A DNA stretch of 63,717 nucleotides, counting the filler. It is 3 parts of 3 records of this genome, joined end to end, with 100 filler letters (N's around TTAATTAATTAA, not from the genome) between each part and the next. Parts side by side here need not be neighbours in the genome. Positions count along the whole stretch, not along the records: positions 9,448 to 33,785 come from SRR31156797_7573; 2 more parts are not named here. The stretch is one strand, 5' to 3'. The translations under genes were made by a program, and so were the position numbers. Below, one piece after another: positions 19,273 through 28,711 of this stretch (positions within the stretch are counted from its first letter, which is position 1; every line of letters begins with the position of its first letter). The notes under the pieces are model-generated. The model was not told the DNA's origin, made no database searches, and saw only the letters and a program-made list of their open reading frames with translations.

Positions 19273-21246
19273 ATGGAAAAGGGCATAAAAATTAAAGAAA
19301 TAAAGCCGTTGGACATTAAAAGCGTTACCACGTGCGAAGCCACGGCCCAGATGCTTAAAAAGGCTGAAAAAGATGGTGTTGAGACCGCTTTCCACCGTGC
19401 AGCGACCATGAAGGCATGCCCTATCGGTGCCGATTCGGCTTGTTGCAAGCATTGTTCCATGGGACCCTGTCGATTGAATTCCAAGGACCCTTATGGAAAG
19501 GTAGGGGTATGCGGCGCGACCATCGACACGATTCAGTCCCGCAACTTTGCCAGAATGGTGGCCACCGGAACAGCGGCTCATACCGACCATGGCATGAGTA
19601 TGCTTGAGCTATTCAAAGAGGTGGTGAATGGGAATATTAAAGAGTATTCCATAAAAGATCCCATTAAACTGGAGGAGGTCGCCGCCAGCTTGGGAATTGA
19701 GGTGGAGGACCGGGAGATCAAGGATATTGCAATGGATCTTCATAAGGAACTGGAACGGACCTACACCCAGGTGGAAGGGGAGATCCCTTTTGCCAAAAGA
19801 GTTCCCGAAAAAACCCTTGAGACATGGCGTAAGCACGGGGTGGTTCCCCGGGGGGCCATGCGCGAAATCATGGAATTGATGCATCGGACCCACATGGGGG
19901 TGGATCAGCATTACGAGAACATCACCCGGCAATGCAGTCGAACCGCATTGGCGGATGGCTGGGGCGGTTCCATGGTGGCGACGGAAATATCGGATATTCT
20001 TTTCGGTACGCCCAAGCCGGTACCCGGGGATGTGAACATGGGATGCCTCAGGGAAAATGAGGTTAACATTGTTATTCACGGCCATGAGCCCAATCTCTTC
20101 GAGTCCGTGTTGGCATCGGTGGACGACACGAATCTCCTGGAAATCGCGGAAGATGCCGGGGCGGAAGGGATCAATCTGGTGGGAATGTGCTGTTCCGGGG
20201 CTGAAATGCTTTCCCGCCATGGCGTCCCCCATGCGGGCAACTTCATGAGCACTGAAACCATCCTGGTGACCGGCGCCGTGGATGCCATGGGCGTCGACGT
20301 GCAGTGTATTAAACAGGGCCTTGCCCAGGTGGCCGACTGTTACGGAACAAAACTCTTTACCACAAACCCCAGATGCCGCATCGAGGGGGTGGACCATATT
20401 GCATTTGTTGAGCACGATCCAAGGGCATGCACGGATGCCATTGTCAAGAACGCCATTGAACGGTTCAAAAATCGAAAAATGCCCATTGATATTCCCAAAG
20501 TCAAGAACTCCGGCATTCACGGTTTTTCCATGGAATACATTAACTATATGTTGGGCGGATCCTTCAGGGGGTCCTATAAACCTTTAAATGAGAATATCAT
20601 CAACGGTCGGATCAGGGGCGTAGCGGGCGTTGTGGGTTGCACCAACCCAAGGGTGAAACAGGATTGGGTTCACGTGGATCTGGTCAAGGAACTGATTCGA
20701 AACGATGTTCTGGTGGTGCAGACCGGATGTTCCCAGATCGCCTTGGCAAAGGCCGGTTTATACAGGCCCGAGGCTGCGGCCTTGGCGGGTCCGGGGCTTA
20801 GTGAAGTCTGCGAGACGGTGGGCATGCCGCCCGTGCTGGGCTTGGGTTCATGTGCGGATAACAGCCGGATTCTTACCGCCTGCTCTGAAATGGTTCGTAC
20901 CGGAGGCCTGGGGGACTCCTTGGCGGATCTTCCCGTGGCCGGTGCCGCACCGGAATGGATGAGTGAAAAGGCCATTGCCATCGGGCAGTATTTTGTGGCA
21001 TCGGGGGTGTACACGGTTTTCGGCGTGACCTATCCCATCATAGAAGGGACGAAGTTTCACCGGCATCTCTTTGGTGGCCTTGAAGAGATGGGGTTTGGGA
21101 AATGGGGGTTTACGGCGGATCCTCACGAAATGGCCCGCATGATGATTGCCCACATTGACAAGAAAAGGAAGGCTCTGGGTATCGATAAGGCCAGGGAACG
21201 GATTATGATGGATATGGCCGACAGGCAAAAGCTTGAAGCGGCCTAA
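19273..21246 (+). CDS. cooS: Anaerobic Ni,Fe carbon-monoxide dehydrogenase catalytic subunit
   Basis: Cx7CCxxCxMGPC D/B-cluster motif, HTDH, HGHEP, GMCCSG, DVQC, GCTN, TGC, GSCADNSR and EWMSEKA (C-cluster ligands and catalytic Lys retained). Confidence 0.95.
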   Translation: MEKGIKIKEIKPLDIKSVTTCEATAQMLKKAEKDGVETAFHRAATMKACPIGADSACCKHCSMGPCRLNSKDPYGKVGVCGATIDTIQSRNFARMVATGTAAHTDHGMSMLELFKEVVNGNIKEYSIKDPIKLEEVAASLGIEVEDREIKDIAMDLHKELERTYTQVEGEIPFAKRVPEKTLETWRKHGVVPRGAMREIMELMHRTHMGVDQHYENITRQCSRTALADGWGGSMVATEISDILFGTPKPVPGDVNMGCLRENEVNIVIHGHEPNLFESVLASVDDTNLLEIAEDAGAEGINLVGMCCSGAEMLSRHGVPHAGNFMSTETILVTGAVDAMGVDVQCIKQGLAQVADCYGTKLFTTNPRCRIEGVDHIAFVEHDPRACTDAIVKNAIERFKNRKMPIDIPKVKNSGIHGFSMEYINYMLGGSFRGSYKPLNENIINGRIRGVAGVVGCTNPRVKQDWVHVDLVKELIRNDVLVVQTGCSQIALAKAGLYRPEAAALAGPGLSEVCETVGMPPVLGLGSCADNSRILTACSEMVRTGGLGDSLADLPVAGAAPEWMSEKAIAIGQYFVASGVYTVFGVTYPIIEGTKFHRHLFGGLEEMGFGKWGFTADPHEMARMMIAHIDKKRKALGIDKARERIMMDMADRQKLEAA

Positions 21247-21252
21247 TTATTT

Positions 21253-21339
21253 GGGTGCAAGGTATAAGGTGTAAGGTTTTAAGCCCTGGTTTTTTCAACC
21301 GGGGGAACCTGATGCCTTATGCCGAACACCTTAAAACCC
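21253..21339. repeat. Intergenic stem-loop made of 7-bp units (AAGGTAT/AAGGTGT) and their inverted copies
   Basis: gggtgcaaggtataaggtgtaagg ... ccttatgccgaacaccttaaaaccc with inner hairpin ccctggtt/aaccgggg. Confidence 0.5.
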
Positions 21340-21354
21340 GAAAGTGAGGAAGGC

Positions 21355-22872
21355 ATGAGCCAAAGTGCTTTTTTATACCACGAAAAGACCCGCTACCACC
21401 GGTCGAAAATGGGGGGGCATTTTCTGGATTGGCAGAACCGGCCGGAGGTCTTTAAGCGCTATGAGGGGAGGGAAACCATTGTTATGCCGCGCGAAATGCC
21501 GCTTCCCCATGAGGACCTTTTTACCCTGTATGAAGCGCCCTTTGAAAACCGTTCGGCCCATGGGGTTTTTGATCTGGCGATGCTTTCCGGGATTCTGCTT
21601 TTGACTTATACGCTGACTGCCCGGGCTCTTCATTCCGATGGCACGTTCCATTATCGAAGTGCTGCTTCGGCAGGTGCCCTTTATCCCACGGAAATCTATG
21701 TGGTTTCAAACGGTCTAACGGATCTGGATCCCGGATTATATCATTTCTCCATTAAAGAGCACGGTCTGGTGAAATTACGTGATGGCCATTTTTCAGGAGC
21801 CGTGAACCGGTTTGTGAAAGATAGGGCTTCAGGAGATACCCCGCTCACCTTTTTCTTGACGGCCATTTTTTTCAGGAGTGCATGGAAATACGGGAATCGT
21901 TCTTACCGTTATCACTTGCTGGATACGGGTCATGTGCTTGAAAACCTCACCCTGTCACTCAAAGCGCTGGGCCTGACATTCGAAAAAACGTTTGATTTTG
22001 ACGATCGTGCGGTCAATCATCTGCTGGGCCTGGACGAAGATCGTGAAGCGGCCCTTGCCCTCTGCCGGGTGAAGGGGAAGGTTGATTCCCGTAAGGCATC
22101 GGAAGCCCGACCTCTTGAAGATTTGCCTGAAACGGTGAAAAGGGCCAGTCGAGTCTCTCCCCGGGAGTTTGATGTACCTGAGGTCCGGGAGGTTCACATT
22201 GCGGGATACGACATTATGTCGGGTAAAAAGGACTTGGACGTTTGCAATGCTTTGGGGGTTATTCCTGAATCCCGGGTTTCAACTCCGCTGACGTCAACGC
22301 CTGAAGCGGGTTTAACATATCCGGAAGCTGTTTTCCGCAGAAGATCCAGCAGGAATTTTATTGCGGAAACCATGCCCGTTTCTTACTTGCACCCGTTGCT
22401 GAATGTCATTAATGCCATAGATGGTACGGACCGGTATGCCCGGAGTATTTGTACGGGGGTTTTGGCCGGCGGTGTGGAATCCATTGAGGACGGATTTTAT
22501 CTGGTGGGTGAAAATAAGGGGGGCTGGGGTCTGGTAGCGCCGGGCACCTTTAACGGTGCCATGAGCCGTATCTGTCTGGATCAGGACTGGATGGGGAGTG
22601 CCGCCCTTCATTTTGTGTTCATAACCAACATGGCGTTACTGGAAGCGGCATACGGTCCAAGGGGGTATCGATACGCCATGTTGACTGCCGGCCTCATGGG
22701 AGAGCGGCTTTATCTTTCGGCTTCGGCGCTGGGTTTGGGTTGTTGCGGTATCGGCGCTTTTTATGATGGGGAAGCTTCTCGTCTGTTGGGCCTCAATGAA
22801 TCGTCCCGGGTCCTTTATGTGGTGTCGCTGGGTATCCTCAAATCCATGTTGAAAAGGGATACCATGCTGTAA
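21355..22872 (+). CDS. SagB/ThcOx-family flavoprotein with tandem nitroreductase domains
   Basis: [42 protein letters not shown] and GIGAFYD motifs. Confidence 0.9.
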   Translation: MSQSAFLYHEKTRYHRSKMGGHFLDWQNRPEVFKRYEGRETIVMPREMPLPHEDLFTLYEAPFENRSAHGVFDLAMLSGILLLTYTLTARALHSDGTFHYRSAASAGALYPTEIYVVSNGLTDLDPGLYHFSIKEHGLVKLRDGHFSGAVNRFVKDRASGDTPLTFFLTAIFFRSAWKYGNRSYRYHLLDTGHVLENLTLSLKALGLTFEKTFDFDDRAVNHLLGLDEDREAALALCRVKGKVDSRKASEARPLEDLPETVKRASRVSPREFDVPEVREVHIAGYDIMSGKKDLDVCNALGVIPESRVSTPLTSTPEAGLTYPEAVFRRRSSRNFIAETMPVSYLHPLLNVINAIDGTDRYARSICTGVLAGGVESIEDGFYLVGENKGGWGLVAPGTFNGAMSRICLDQDWMGSAALHFVFITNMALLEAAYGPRGYRYAMLTAGLMGERLYLSASALGLGCCGIGAFYDGEASRLLGLNESSRVLYVVSLGILKSMLKRDTML

Positions 22873-22922
22873 AAGGGCTCATATTTCATGGTCCGAAAAC
22901 CATTATAGGAAAGGAATCTGAA

Positions 22923-23996
22923 ATGTTTGGGAAAGGAACCCTTTTGTTTTCTTTGTTGCCGGCCCTCATGGTTGTTCCAGCGGGGGTGAATGCACAAACC
23001 CCTGTTGAAAAGGCGACACTTGCGGGTGGTTGTTTCTGGTGTATGGTGCTTCCCTTTGAAAACCTCCATGGTGTTTTGGATGTGAAATCGGGTTATACGG
23101 GGGGGCACATGGAAAACCCCTCCTACGGGGATGTGATTTCCGGTAAGACCGGCCATGTGGAAGCCGTTCAGATTATCTTTGACCCCTCCAAAACGACCTA
23201 TTCGGAAATCCTGGATCTGTTTTGGCGACAAATTGATCCCACGGATCCGGGCGGGCAATTCGTTGACCGGGGTAATCAATATGAAACCGCCATTTTTTAT
23301 CACTCCGAAGCACAGAAGCTTGCGGCTTTAAAGGCCAGGGATCTTCTGGACCGATCCGGAACCTATGATAAACCCATTGTGACGGAGATCCGCCCCTTTT
23401 CCGGATTTTACGAGGCGGAACCGTATCACCAGGATTACCACAAAAAAAATCCAATGGGGTATCGGCAATACAGAAGCGGTTCCGGTCGCGACCGGTACCT
23501 GTCACGAATATGGAAAGGAAAACCCCAAAAAAAACCGGTGGTATCTCAATGGACCGCTTACAAGAAAAAATCCGATGATGAACTCAGAAAGATCCTGACC
23601 CCGCTCCAGTATGGGGTGACCCAAGAAGACGGCACCGAACCACCGTTCCATAATACTTATTGGGATAACAAAGATCATGGCATATATGTCGATGTGGTTT
23701 CGGGAGAGCCCCTTTTCAGTTCCCTCGATAAATATGATTCGGGGACCGGCTGGCCCAGTTTCACAAAACCGCTGGTGCCGGAAAATATTGTTGAAAAGGA
23801 AGACCGGAGTCTTTTTTCCGTAAGGACCGAAGTGCGAAGCCGTCACGGGGATTCCCATCTCGGCCACCTATTTCCGGATGGACCGCCGCCCTCGGGCACC
23901 CGTTACTGTATGAATTCCGCTGCCCTTCGTTTTGTTGCTGAAGAGGATCTGGTTAAGGACGGATATGGTGAATATGCGAAATTGTTTGAAAATTGA
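22923..23996 (+). CDS. msrAB: Bifunctional methionine sulfoxide reductase MsrA/MsrB with signal peptide
   Basis: [32 protein letters not shown] and RYCMNS motifs. Confidence 0.95.
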   Translation: MFGKGTLLFSLLPALMVVPAGVNAQTPVEKATLAGGCFWCMVLPFENLHGVLDVKSGYTGGHMENPSYGDVISGKTGHVEAVQIIFDPSKTTYSEILDLFWRQIDPTDPGGQFVDRGNQYETAIFYHSEAQKLAALKARDLLDRSGTYDKPIVTEIRPFSGFYEAEPYHQDYHKKNPMGYRQYRSGSGRDRYLSRIWKGKPQKKPVVSQWTAYKKKSDDELRKILTPLQYGVTQEDGTEPPFHNTYWDNKDHGIYVDVVSGEPLFSSLDKYDSGTGWPSFTKPLVPENIVEKEDRSLFSVRTEVRSRHGDSHLGHLFPDGPPPSGTRYCMNSAALRFVAEEDLVKDGYGEYAKLFEN

Positions 23997-23999
23997 TCC

Positions 24000-24770
24000 C
24001 TATACATCCAGCAAGGTAACCAGAAAGGTGTGATCCGATGGTTTTTTGAGCCCGCGAGCATGGGTGTCGATCCGGATGGCCCTTGATTTTTCAGCGAGAA
24101 CCCCTGTTCCCATGATATAATCGATGCGCCAACCCATATTCCGTTTGAAGCCATTGGGAATCCTGTAATCCCAGAAGGTGTAATGATCAGCGGCTGTTGT
24201 ATGCTGCCGAAAGATATCCACCAATCCCCATTTGAAAAAATTTTCCATCAATGCCTGTTCCTCGGGGTGAAACCCTACGCCACCCCTGAATCCATCAGGA
24301 TCATAGAGATCCCGGTCTTCCATGGCCACATTGAAATCTCCGGCCACCAGAAGGGGGGAATCGGGCTCATAACGGTTGGAGATATGATCATGAAGCGATT
24401 GAAGCCACTTAAGCTTGTACTGAAATTTGTCCGATGCCACCTGGAAGCCCTGGGGAACATAGACGTTTATGATTGAGATGCCGTCTATGGTGCCGCTGAT
24501 GAATCGCGCCTCTTCATCACCGCCCTCAAAAAGGTCCAGGTGTGGGTTTTGTAGCGGTGATCTGCTGAGAATGGCGACGCCGTTGTAGGACTTCTGGCCC
24601 CGAAAGGCCGCATGATAACCACACTGTTCCAAGGGTTCCGATGGAAAGTCCCGATCCTGCACTTTGGTCTCCTGAAGGCATAGAACATCCGGACTTTCCC
24701 GTTTTAACCAATCCAGCAGAATCGGCAGCCTGGCCCGTATGGAGTTGGTATTGAAAGTTGCAAATTTCAT
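24000..24770 (-). CDS. xth: Exodeoxyribonuclease III
   Basis: TFNTNSIRAR, LQETK, YNGVAI, GDFNVA, WRIDY and PSDH motifs. Confidence 0.93.
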   Translation of the reverse strand: MKFATFNTNSIRARLPILLDWLKRESPDVLCLQETKVQDRDFPSEPLEQCGYHAAFRGQKSYNGVAILSRSPLQNPHLDLFEGGDEEARFISGTIDGISIINVYVPQGFQVASDKFQYKLKWLQSLHDHISNRYEPDSPLLVAGDFNVAMEDRDLYDPDGFRGGVGFHPEEQALMENFFKWGLVDIFRQHTTAADHYTFWDYRIPNGFKRNMGWRIDYIMGTGVLAEKSRAIRIDTHARGLKKPSDHTFLVTLLDV

Positions 24771-25027
24771 ATCTTTTGAATCTCCTCATGGACGTCTTTG
24801 CCGGTGTCGGAACCCTTGGCTAAACAGGTTGCCCTGTAGATTTAATTGTCCTATACTATAACATGTGAAGGGCGGTATTGGCAATAACTGCCCTGTTCAC
24901 TTTGTTCAAAAGCGAGTCTTTATCAACTGTTAGTGTCATATCCGGCGGGTTTTGGTGATGTTTAGCGCTCCGGTTGCCCTTAAATCATCGCATTGGCCTC
25001 AAGGAGACCAACCATGGGAGGAAATGT

Positions 25028-25537
25028 ATGGAAAATAACCAAAATCTCATCAAGATTTTTGAGTATGCATTGAACCAGGAAAAGACCGGCATGAGTTTTT
25101 TCGAGACATCGGTGGAGCGTATGGGTGTTGGGGCCGCGGTAACGGCATTCAAACGGATTGTTGAAGAAGAGAAACGCCATATTGTATTTATTGAGGCGAT
25201 TCTGGAGAAATTAAGGCTGGATCAGGCGGTGGACCTGTCCGGTCTGGAAAAGGAGGTTCTGGAACCGACTAACTATTTTGATGATCGAAGCCGATCGGAG
25301 TTCTTGGAAAAATGCCTCTATGAATCCATGATTCCCGATGTAACGGTTTTCAATACGGCTTGGCTTATTGAAAAGGATCTGAGTGAATTCTATGAAAAAA
25401 TGGCTGAAAAAGTTGATGGCCCGGCTTCAAATGCACTGAAGATGCTGGCTGCATGGGAAAAGGCCCACGAAAAATTTTTCAAGGAATTCAGAGATAAACT
25501 CACCGACACCTATTCTCAAATGCCTTGGGGTGGGTAA
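25028..25537 (+). CDS. Ferritin-like (rubrerythrin-family di-iron) protein
   Basis: ALNQEK..F, EEKRH, IEKD..FY and WEKAH paired ExxH motifs; ends MPWGG. Confidence 0.85.
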   Translation: MENNQNLIKIFEYALNQEKTGMSFFETSVERMGVGAAVTAFKRIVEEEKRHIVFIEAILEKLRLDQAVDLSGLEKEVLEPTNYFDDRSRSEFLEKCLYESMIPDVTVFNTAWLIEKDLSEFYEKMAEKVDGPASNALKMLAAWEKAHEKFFKEFRDKLTDTYSQMPWGG

Positions 25538-25578
25538 CGGCTATCACGGCCAGAGCCCCCGTTCCCGGGTGGTTGAGT

Positions 25579-25685
25579 GAAGTGTTTCATGAGACACTTC
25601 CGGTTCAAATGATAACATGAGACATCGCTACGGTTGGATAAATATGATATCAACCGGTTACGACGTTCTGTTCTGACATGAGACG
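25579..25685. promoter_or_regulatory. Upstream activator sites plus IHF site of the redox operon
   Basis: 22-bp near-palindrome GAAGTGTTTCATGAGACACTTC (25579-25600); further CATGAGAC copies near 25616 and 25677; consensus IHF site TATCAACCGGTTA at 25648-25660. Confidence 0.68.
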
Positions 25686-25804
25686 TTTTTGTACCAAGAT
25701 AATTTGACGGGCGCTTTTCTTCTTCTTGACGTTATTTTTTCCATGAGCCCTAAAGAGCCGATAATCAAACCCTTTTGCTCTCTGATATCTATTTTTTTTA
25801 ATTT

Positions 25805-25820
25805 TGGCATAAAATATGCT
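25805..25820 (+). promoter_or_regulatory. sigma54 (-24/-12) promoter of the redox operon
   Basis: TGGCATAAAATATGCT with GG-N10-GC. Confidence 0.75.
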
Positions 25821-25920
25821 TGGCAAAGTTAAGATTTAAAATTTTTGGATACCATTTTATTAGTGAACGTTCAACGGAATCATTTGTGCGGTCCATAATC
25901 AGGGAAAGGAGGTGTTACCA

Positions 25921-26073
25921 TTGGGAGATTGGAAATGCAAGGAATGCGGGTACAGTGTAAAGGCGGATGCCCCACCGGAAAAATGTCCGTCTTGCGATAA
26001 GAAATGCGAATTCGTCGATACCACATGCTATATTCCTGACTGCGGAAATACCGGCCAGGATCCAAGGCTTTAG
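25921..26073 (+). CDS. Small rubredoxin-like protein (50 aa), absent from the ORF track
   Basis: AAGGAGGT RBS, TTG start; MGDWKCKECGYSVKADAPPEKCPSCDKKCEFVDTTCYIPDCGNTGQDPRL*. Confidence 0.85.
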   Translation: MGDWKCKECGYSVKADAPPEKCPSCDKKCEFVDTTCYIPDCGNTGQDPRL

Positions 26074-26095
26074 ACGGTAAAACCGGGAGGATCAC

Positions 26096-26275
26096 ATGTC
26101 CAAGAAAAAGTACCAGGTGAGAGCCGAATGTCCCCAGTGTGCTTGCGGTGACGTGAGTTTTCTGGGCCCGGAGAAATTAAGGGAAAAGTTCATCGGAGAC
26201 GAGAATGAGATCGATATCCTGTGCCCCCTTTGCGGGACGAAACATAAGGGTGAAGTCGTTGTCGAGGAAGAATAA
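26096..26275 (+). CDS. Small Zn-ribbon-like protein (59 aa, two CPxC motifs), absent from the ORF track
   Basis: GGAGG RBS; MSKKKYQVRAECPQCACGDVSFLGPEKLREKFIGDENEIDILCPLCGTKHKGEVVVEEE*. Confidence 0.85.
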   Translation: MSKKKYQVRAECPQCACGDVSFLGPEKLREKFIGDENEIDILCPLCGTKHKGEVVVEEE

Positions 26276-26290
26276 GCGGGGAGGTTGTTG

Positions 26291-26722
26291 ATGGGAAAAG
26301 CGCTTGTTGTGTATGCCAGCAGATCCGGTGAGACCAAAAGGATCGCGGATTTGATTGCTGAGGGGATCCGCATCCAGGGTTCCGAAGCATCGGTCGTCAA
26401 TGTCACGAAGGTGAAAAAAGTTGAGGATCTGGAGGGTTTCGACGCTTACGTTTTCGGATCTGCCACCTATCACGGTGAAATGATGCAGGGGATGAAAACC
26501 ATGCTGTTTCTGGCGGAAAAAACAGGTCTTGAAGGTAACGTCGGGGGGGCTTTCGGTGCTTTCGGATGGAGCGGTGAAGCTCCCGGAAGAATCTTTGACA
26601 CCATGAAAAATATCCTCAAGATGGATATGGTGAACGGTCCCTTGATGCTTAAATCCGCTTTGCTGGGCGGTGGGACCGAAATGGCACAGGGCTATGGCAA
26701 GGACATTGCCAAAAAACTCTAA
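26291..26722 (+). CDS. Flavodoxin (FprA/flavodiiron-type flavodoxin domain, stand-alone)
   Basis: YASRSGETKRIA, GSATYHG and AFGAFGWSGEA motifs. Confidence 0.88.
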   Translation: MGKALVVYASRSGETKRIADLIAEGIRIQGSEASVVNVTKVKKVEDLEGFDAYVFGSATYHGEMMQGMKTMLFLAEKTGLEGNVGGAFGAFGWSGEAPGRIFDTMKNILKMDMVNGPLMLKSALLGGGTEMAQGYGKDIAKKL

Positions 26723-26749
26723 TGAAATAGTTTAGGAGATGAAAATCAT

Positions 26750-26908
26750 ATGGAAAAATATGTTTGTTCGGTATGTGGATATGTTTACGATCCTGAAGAA
26801 GGTGATTCAGATAACGGCGTGGATGCGGGAACCGCATTTGCCGATCTTCCCGATGACTGGACCTGCCCGGTTTGCGGTGCCGAAAAAGATCAGTTCGAAC
26901 CGGAATAG
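26750..26908 (+). CDS. rub: Rubredoxin (52 aa), absent from the ORF track
   Basis: [57 protein letters not shown] upstream. Confidence 0.95.
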   Translation: MEKYVCSVCGYVYDPEEGDSDNGVDAGTAFADLPDDWTCPVCGAEKDQFEPE

Positions 26909-26931
26909 GTAATTCACAAAAAGGAAAAATC

Positions 26932-27384
26932 ATGAACCGGGAAAGCATCATTCGGGAATGTCGTCAATGCGGCACGAAAAACCGGGTCCCCAAAGGTCGA
27001 ATGGGTGAAAAACCGGTATGCGGAAAATGTAGGGCACCGTTGCCGACCGGTACGATTACGGATAAGCCCGTCGACGTTACGGACATGACATTTCATTCTG
27101 AAACCATTGCATTTCCGGGTCCTGTACTGGTCGATTGCTGGGCCCCGTGGTGCGGACCCTGCCGCACGGTGGGTCCTGTAATCGAACAACTGGCTTCGGA
27201 ATATGCAGGACGCGTTAAAATCGTCAAACTGAATGTGGATGAAAACCCACAGACCGCCTCCAGGTATTCCATCAGGAGCATTCCAACCATGCTTTTCTTT
27301 AACAATGGTGATCTTGTCAACAGCCTGGTGGGCGCCCTCCCCAAAGGGGAAATCGAATCGCATCTAAATTCGCTTTTGAATTAA
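26932..27384 (+). CDS. trxC: Thioredoxin 2 with N-terminal zinc finger
   Basis: CRQCGTKNRV...CGKC plus WAPWCGPC. Confidence 0.9.
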   Translation: MNRESIIRECRQCGTKNRVPKGRMGEKPVCGKCRAPLPTGTITDKPVDVTDMTFHSETIAFPGPVLVDCWAPWCGPCRTVGPVIEQLASEYAGRVKIVKLNVDENPQTASRYSIRSIPTMLFFNNGDLVNSLVGALPKGEIESHLNSLLN

Positions 27385-27410
27385 ACTCTATTCTTGAATT
27401 GGAGAAACAC

Positions 27411-27872
27411 ATGTCATTTACATCATTTGAGGAAATTGTACAGTTTGCCATGGACAAAGAGAAAGAAGCCGTTGATTTTTATTCAGGTTTGGCGAAAAAT
27501 GCTATTTTTTCGGGCGCCAAGGAAACCCTGGAGGGCTTTGCCGAAGAAGAACGGAATCACTATGATATGCTGGAAAATTTAGGGAAGGCTGAACAGGCCT
27601 TGGCGGATTATAAATTTGAATGGATCCCCGATATCAAACGGAGTAACTATCTGGTGGATGTGGATGATCCAAAAGATATGGATTATGCGGAACTTCTCAG
27701 GCTGGCCATGAAGCGGGAAGAGAAAGCCCTGGAACTTTATAATGAACTGTTGGGAAAAGCGGATAAAGAAGAATTGAAAAATATTTTCAAAATGTTATGC
27801 CAGGAAGAAGCCAAGCATAAACTTGCCCTTGAAACCATGTACGATGATTATATGGCGGAGCAGGGAGATTAG
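27411..27872 (+). CDS. Ferritin-like (rubrerythrin-family) protein
   Basis: AMDKEKEA..FY, EERNH, AMKREEKA..LY and EEAKH motifs. Confidence 0.88.
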   Translation: MSFTSFEEIVQFAMDKEKEAVDFYSGLAKNAIFSGAKETLEGFAEEERNHYDMLENLGKAEQALADYKFEWIPDIKRSNYLVDVDDPKDMDYAELLRLAMKREEKALELYNELLGKADKEELKNIFKMLCQEEAKHKLALETMYDDYMAEQGD

Positions 27873-27889
27873 ATGCCACTTTTTATGAG

Positions 27890-28096
27890 ATGGCGGATTT
27901 TGTGAAGTTACCGAGTATTCCAAACCGGAAAAAGAAGTGCTCTGATTGCTTTCAGTGCCAGATGTGCGGTGAAACCAGATGTCGTATTTGCAGGAAAAGC
28001 GAGCATAAGGAATCGTCTTCCGGGCTGGGTACGGCATTCACCCATGGAGAATATCTGGCATGGAAGAAGAAAAAGGGAGAGGGTTTAAATGGCTGA
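27890..28096 (+). CDS. Small Cys-rich hypothetical protein
   Basis: CSDCFQCQMC-x4-CRIC; in-operon position, overlaps the next start. Confidence 0.7.
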   Translation: MADFVKLPSIPNRKKKCSDCFQCQMCGETRCRICRKSEHKESSSGLGTAFTHGEYLAWKKKKGEGLNG

Positions 28097-28340
28097 TTCA
28101 GTAAAACTCTATACGCTCAGTACCTGTGGTCATTGTAAGTCAACCAAGACGTTTTTAAATAAATGTAAGGTGAAATACGATTTTACCGATGTTGACCTGT
28201 TTCATGGAGATGAAAGGGCCGCAATACTGGAAGATGTGAAAAAATGGAATCCAAACTGTTCATTCCCCACAATCATTATCGGAGACAAGGTCATCGTCGG
28301 ATATAAAGAAGACGAAATTAAGGAGGCTTTGGGGTTATGA
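28089..28340 (+). CDS. Glutaredoxin/NrdH-like redoxin
   Basis: TLSTCGHC active site, SFPT cis-Pro, IVGY. Confidence 0.9.
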   Translation: MADSVKLYTLSTCGHCKSTKTFLNKCKVKYDFTDVDLFHGDERAAILEDVKKWNPNCSFPTIIIGDKVIVGYKEDEIKEALGL

Positions 28341-28663
28341 GTGAAGTGGAGAAGTTTTACGGGTTACTAAAAAAAGCACAAGAGCCCAAAGGGTTTTACT
28401 TCAGCAATGATAAAGAAATGGTTTTCAGTCTGATTCAAGGACTTCTCGATAACAAGAACCGCTATGGTTACATGTGCTGCCCGTGCAGGTTGGCTTCCGG
28501 AGATCGGGAAAAGGACAAGGATATTATGTGCCCCTGTATTTACAGGGAAGCGGATTTTCAGAAATACGGAAGCTGTTATTGCAACCTGTATGTTTCGAAG
28601 GAATGGAATGAGGGGAAAATTCCCCATGAGTATGTTCCCGAAAGCAGACCCCCTTCGTTTTGA
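28337..28663 (+). CDS. Ferredoxin:thioredoxin (glutaredoxin) reductase catalytic subunit
   Basis: CPCR, CPC and CYC motifs; ATGA overlap with the redoxin gene. Confidence 0.9.
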   Translation: MSEVEKFYGLLKKAQEPKGFYFSNDKEMVFSLIQGLLDNKNRYGYMCCPCRLASGDREKDKDIMCPCIYREADFQKYGSCYCNLYVSKEWNEGKIPHEYVPESRPPSF

Positions 28664-28711
28664 GTATCGGCATCTAAAACAAAATCGATTCACCTGGAAA
28701 GGAATTCACAT

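Noticed and set aside
21355-22872. SagB gene as evidence of a RiPP (azole) biosynthetic cluster
   Set aside because: No YcaO, precursor peptide or transporter nearby; stand-alone SagB-like nitroreductases are common in anaerobes.
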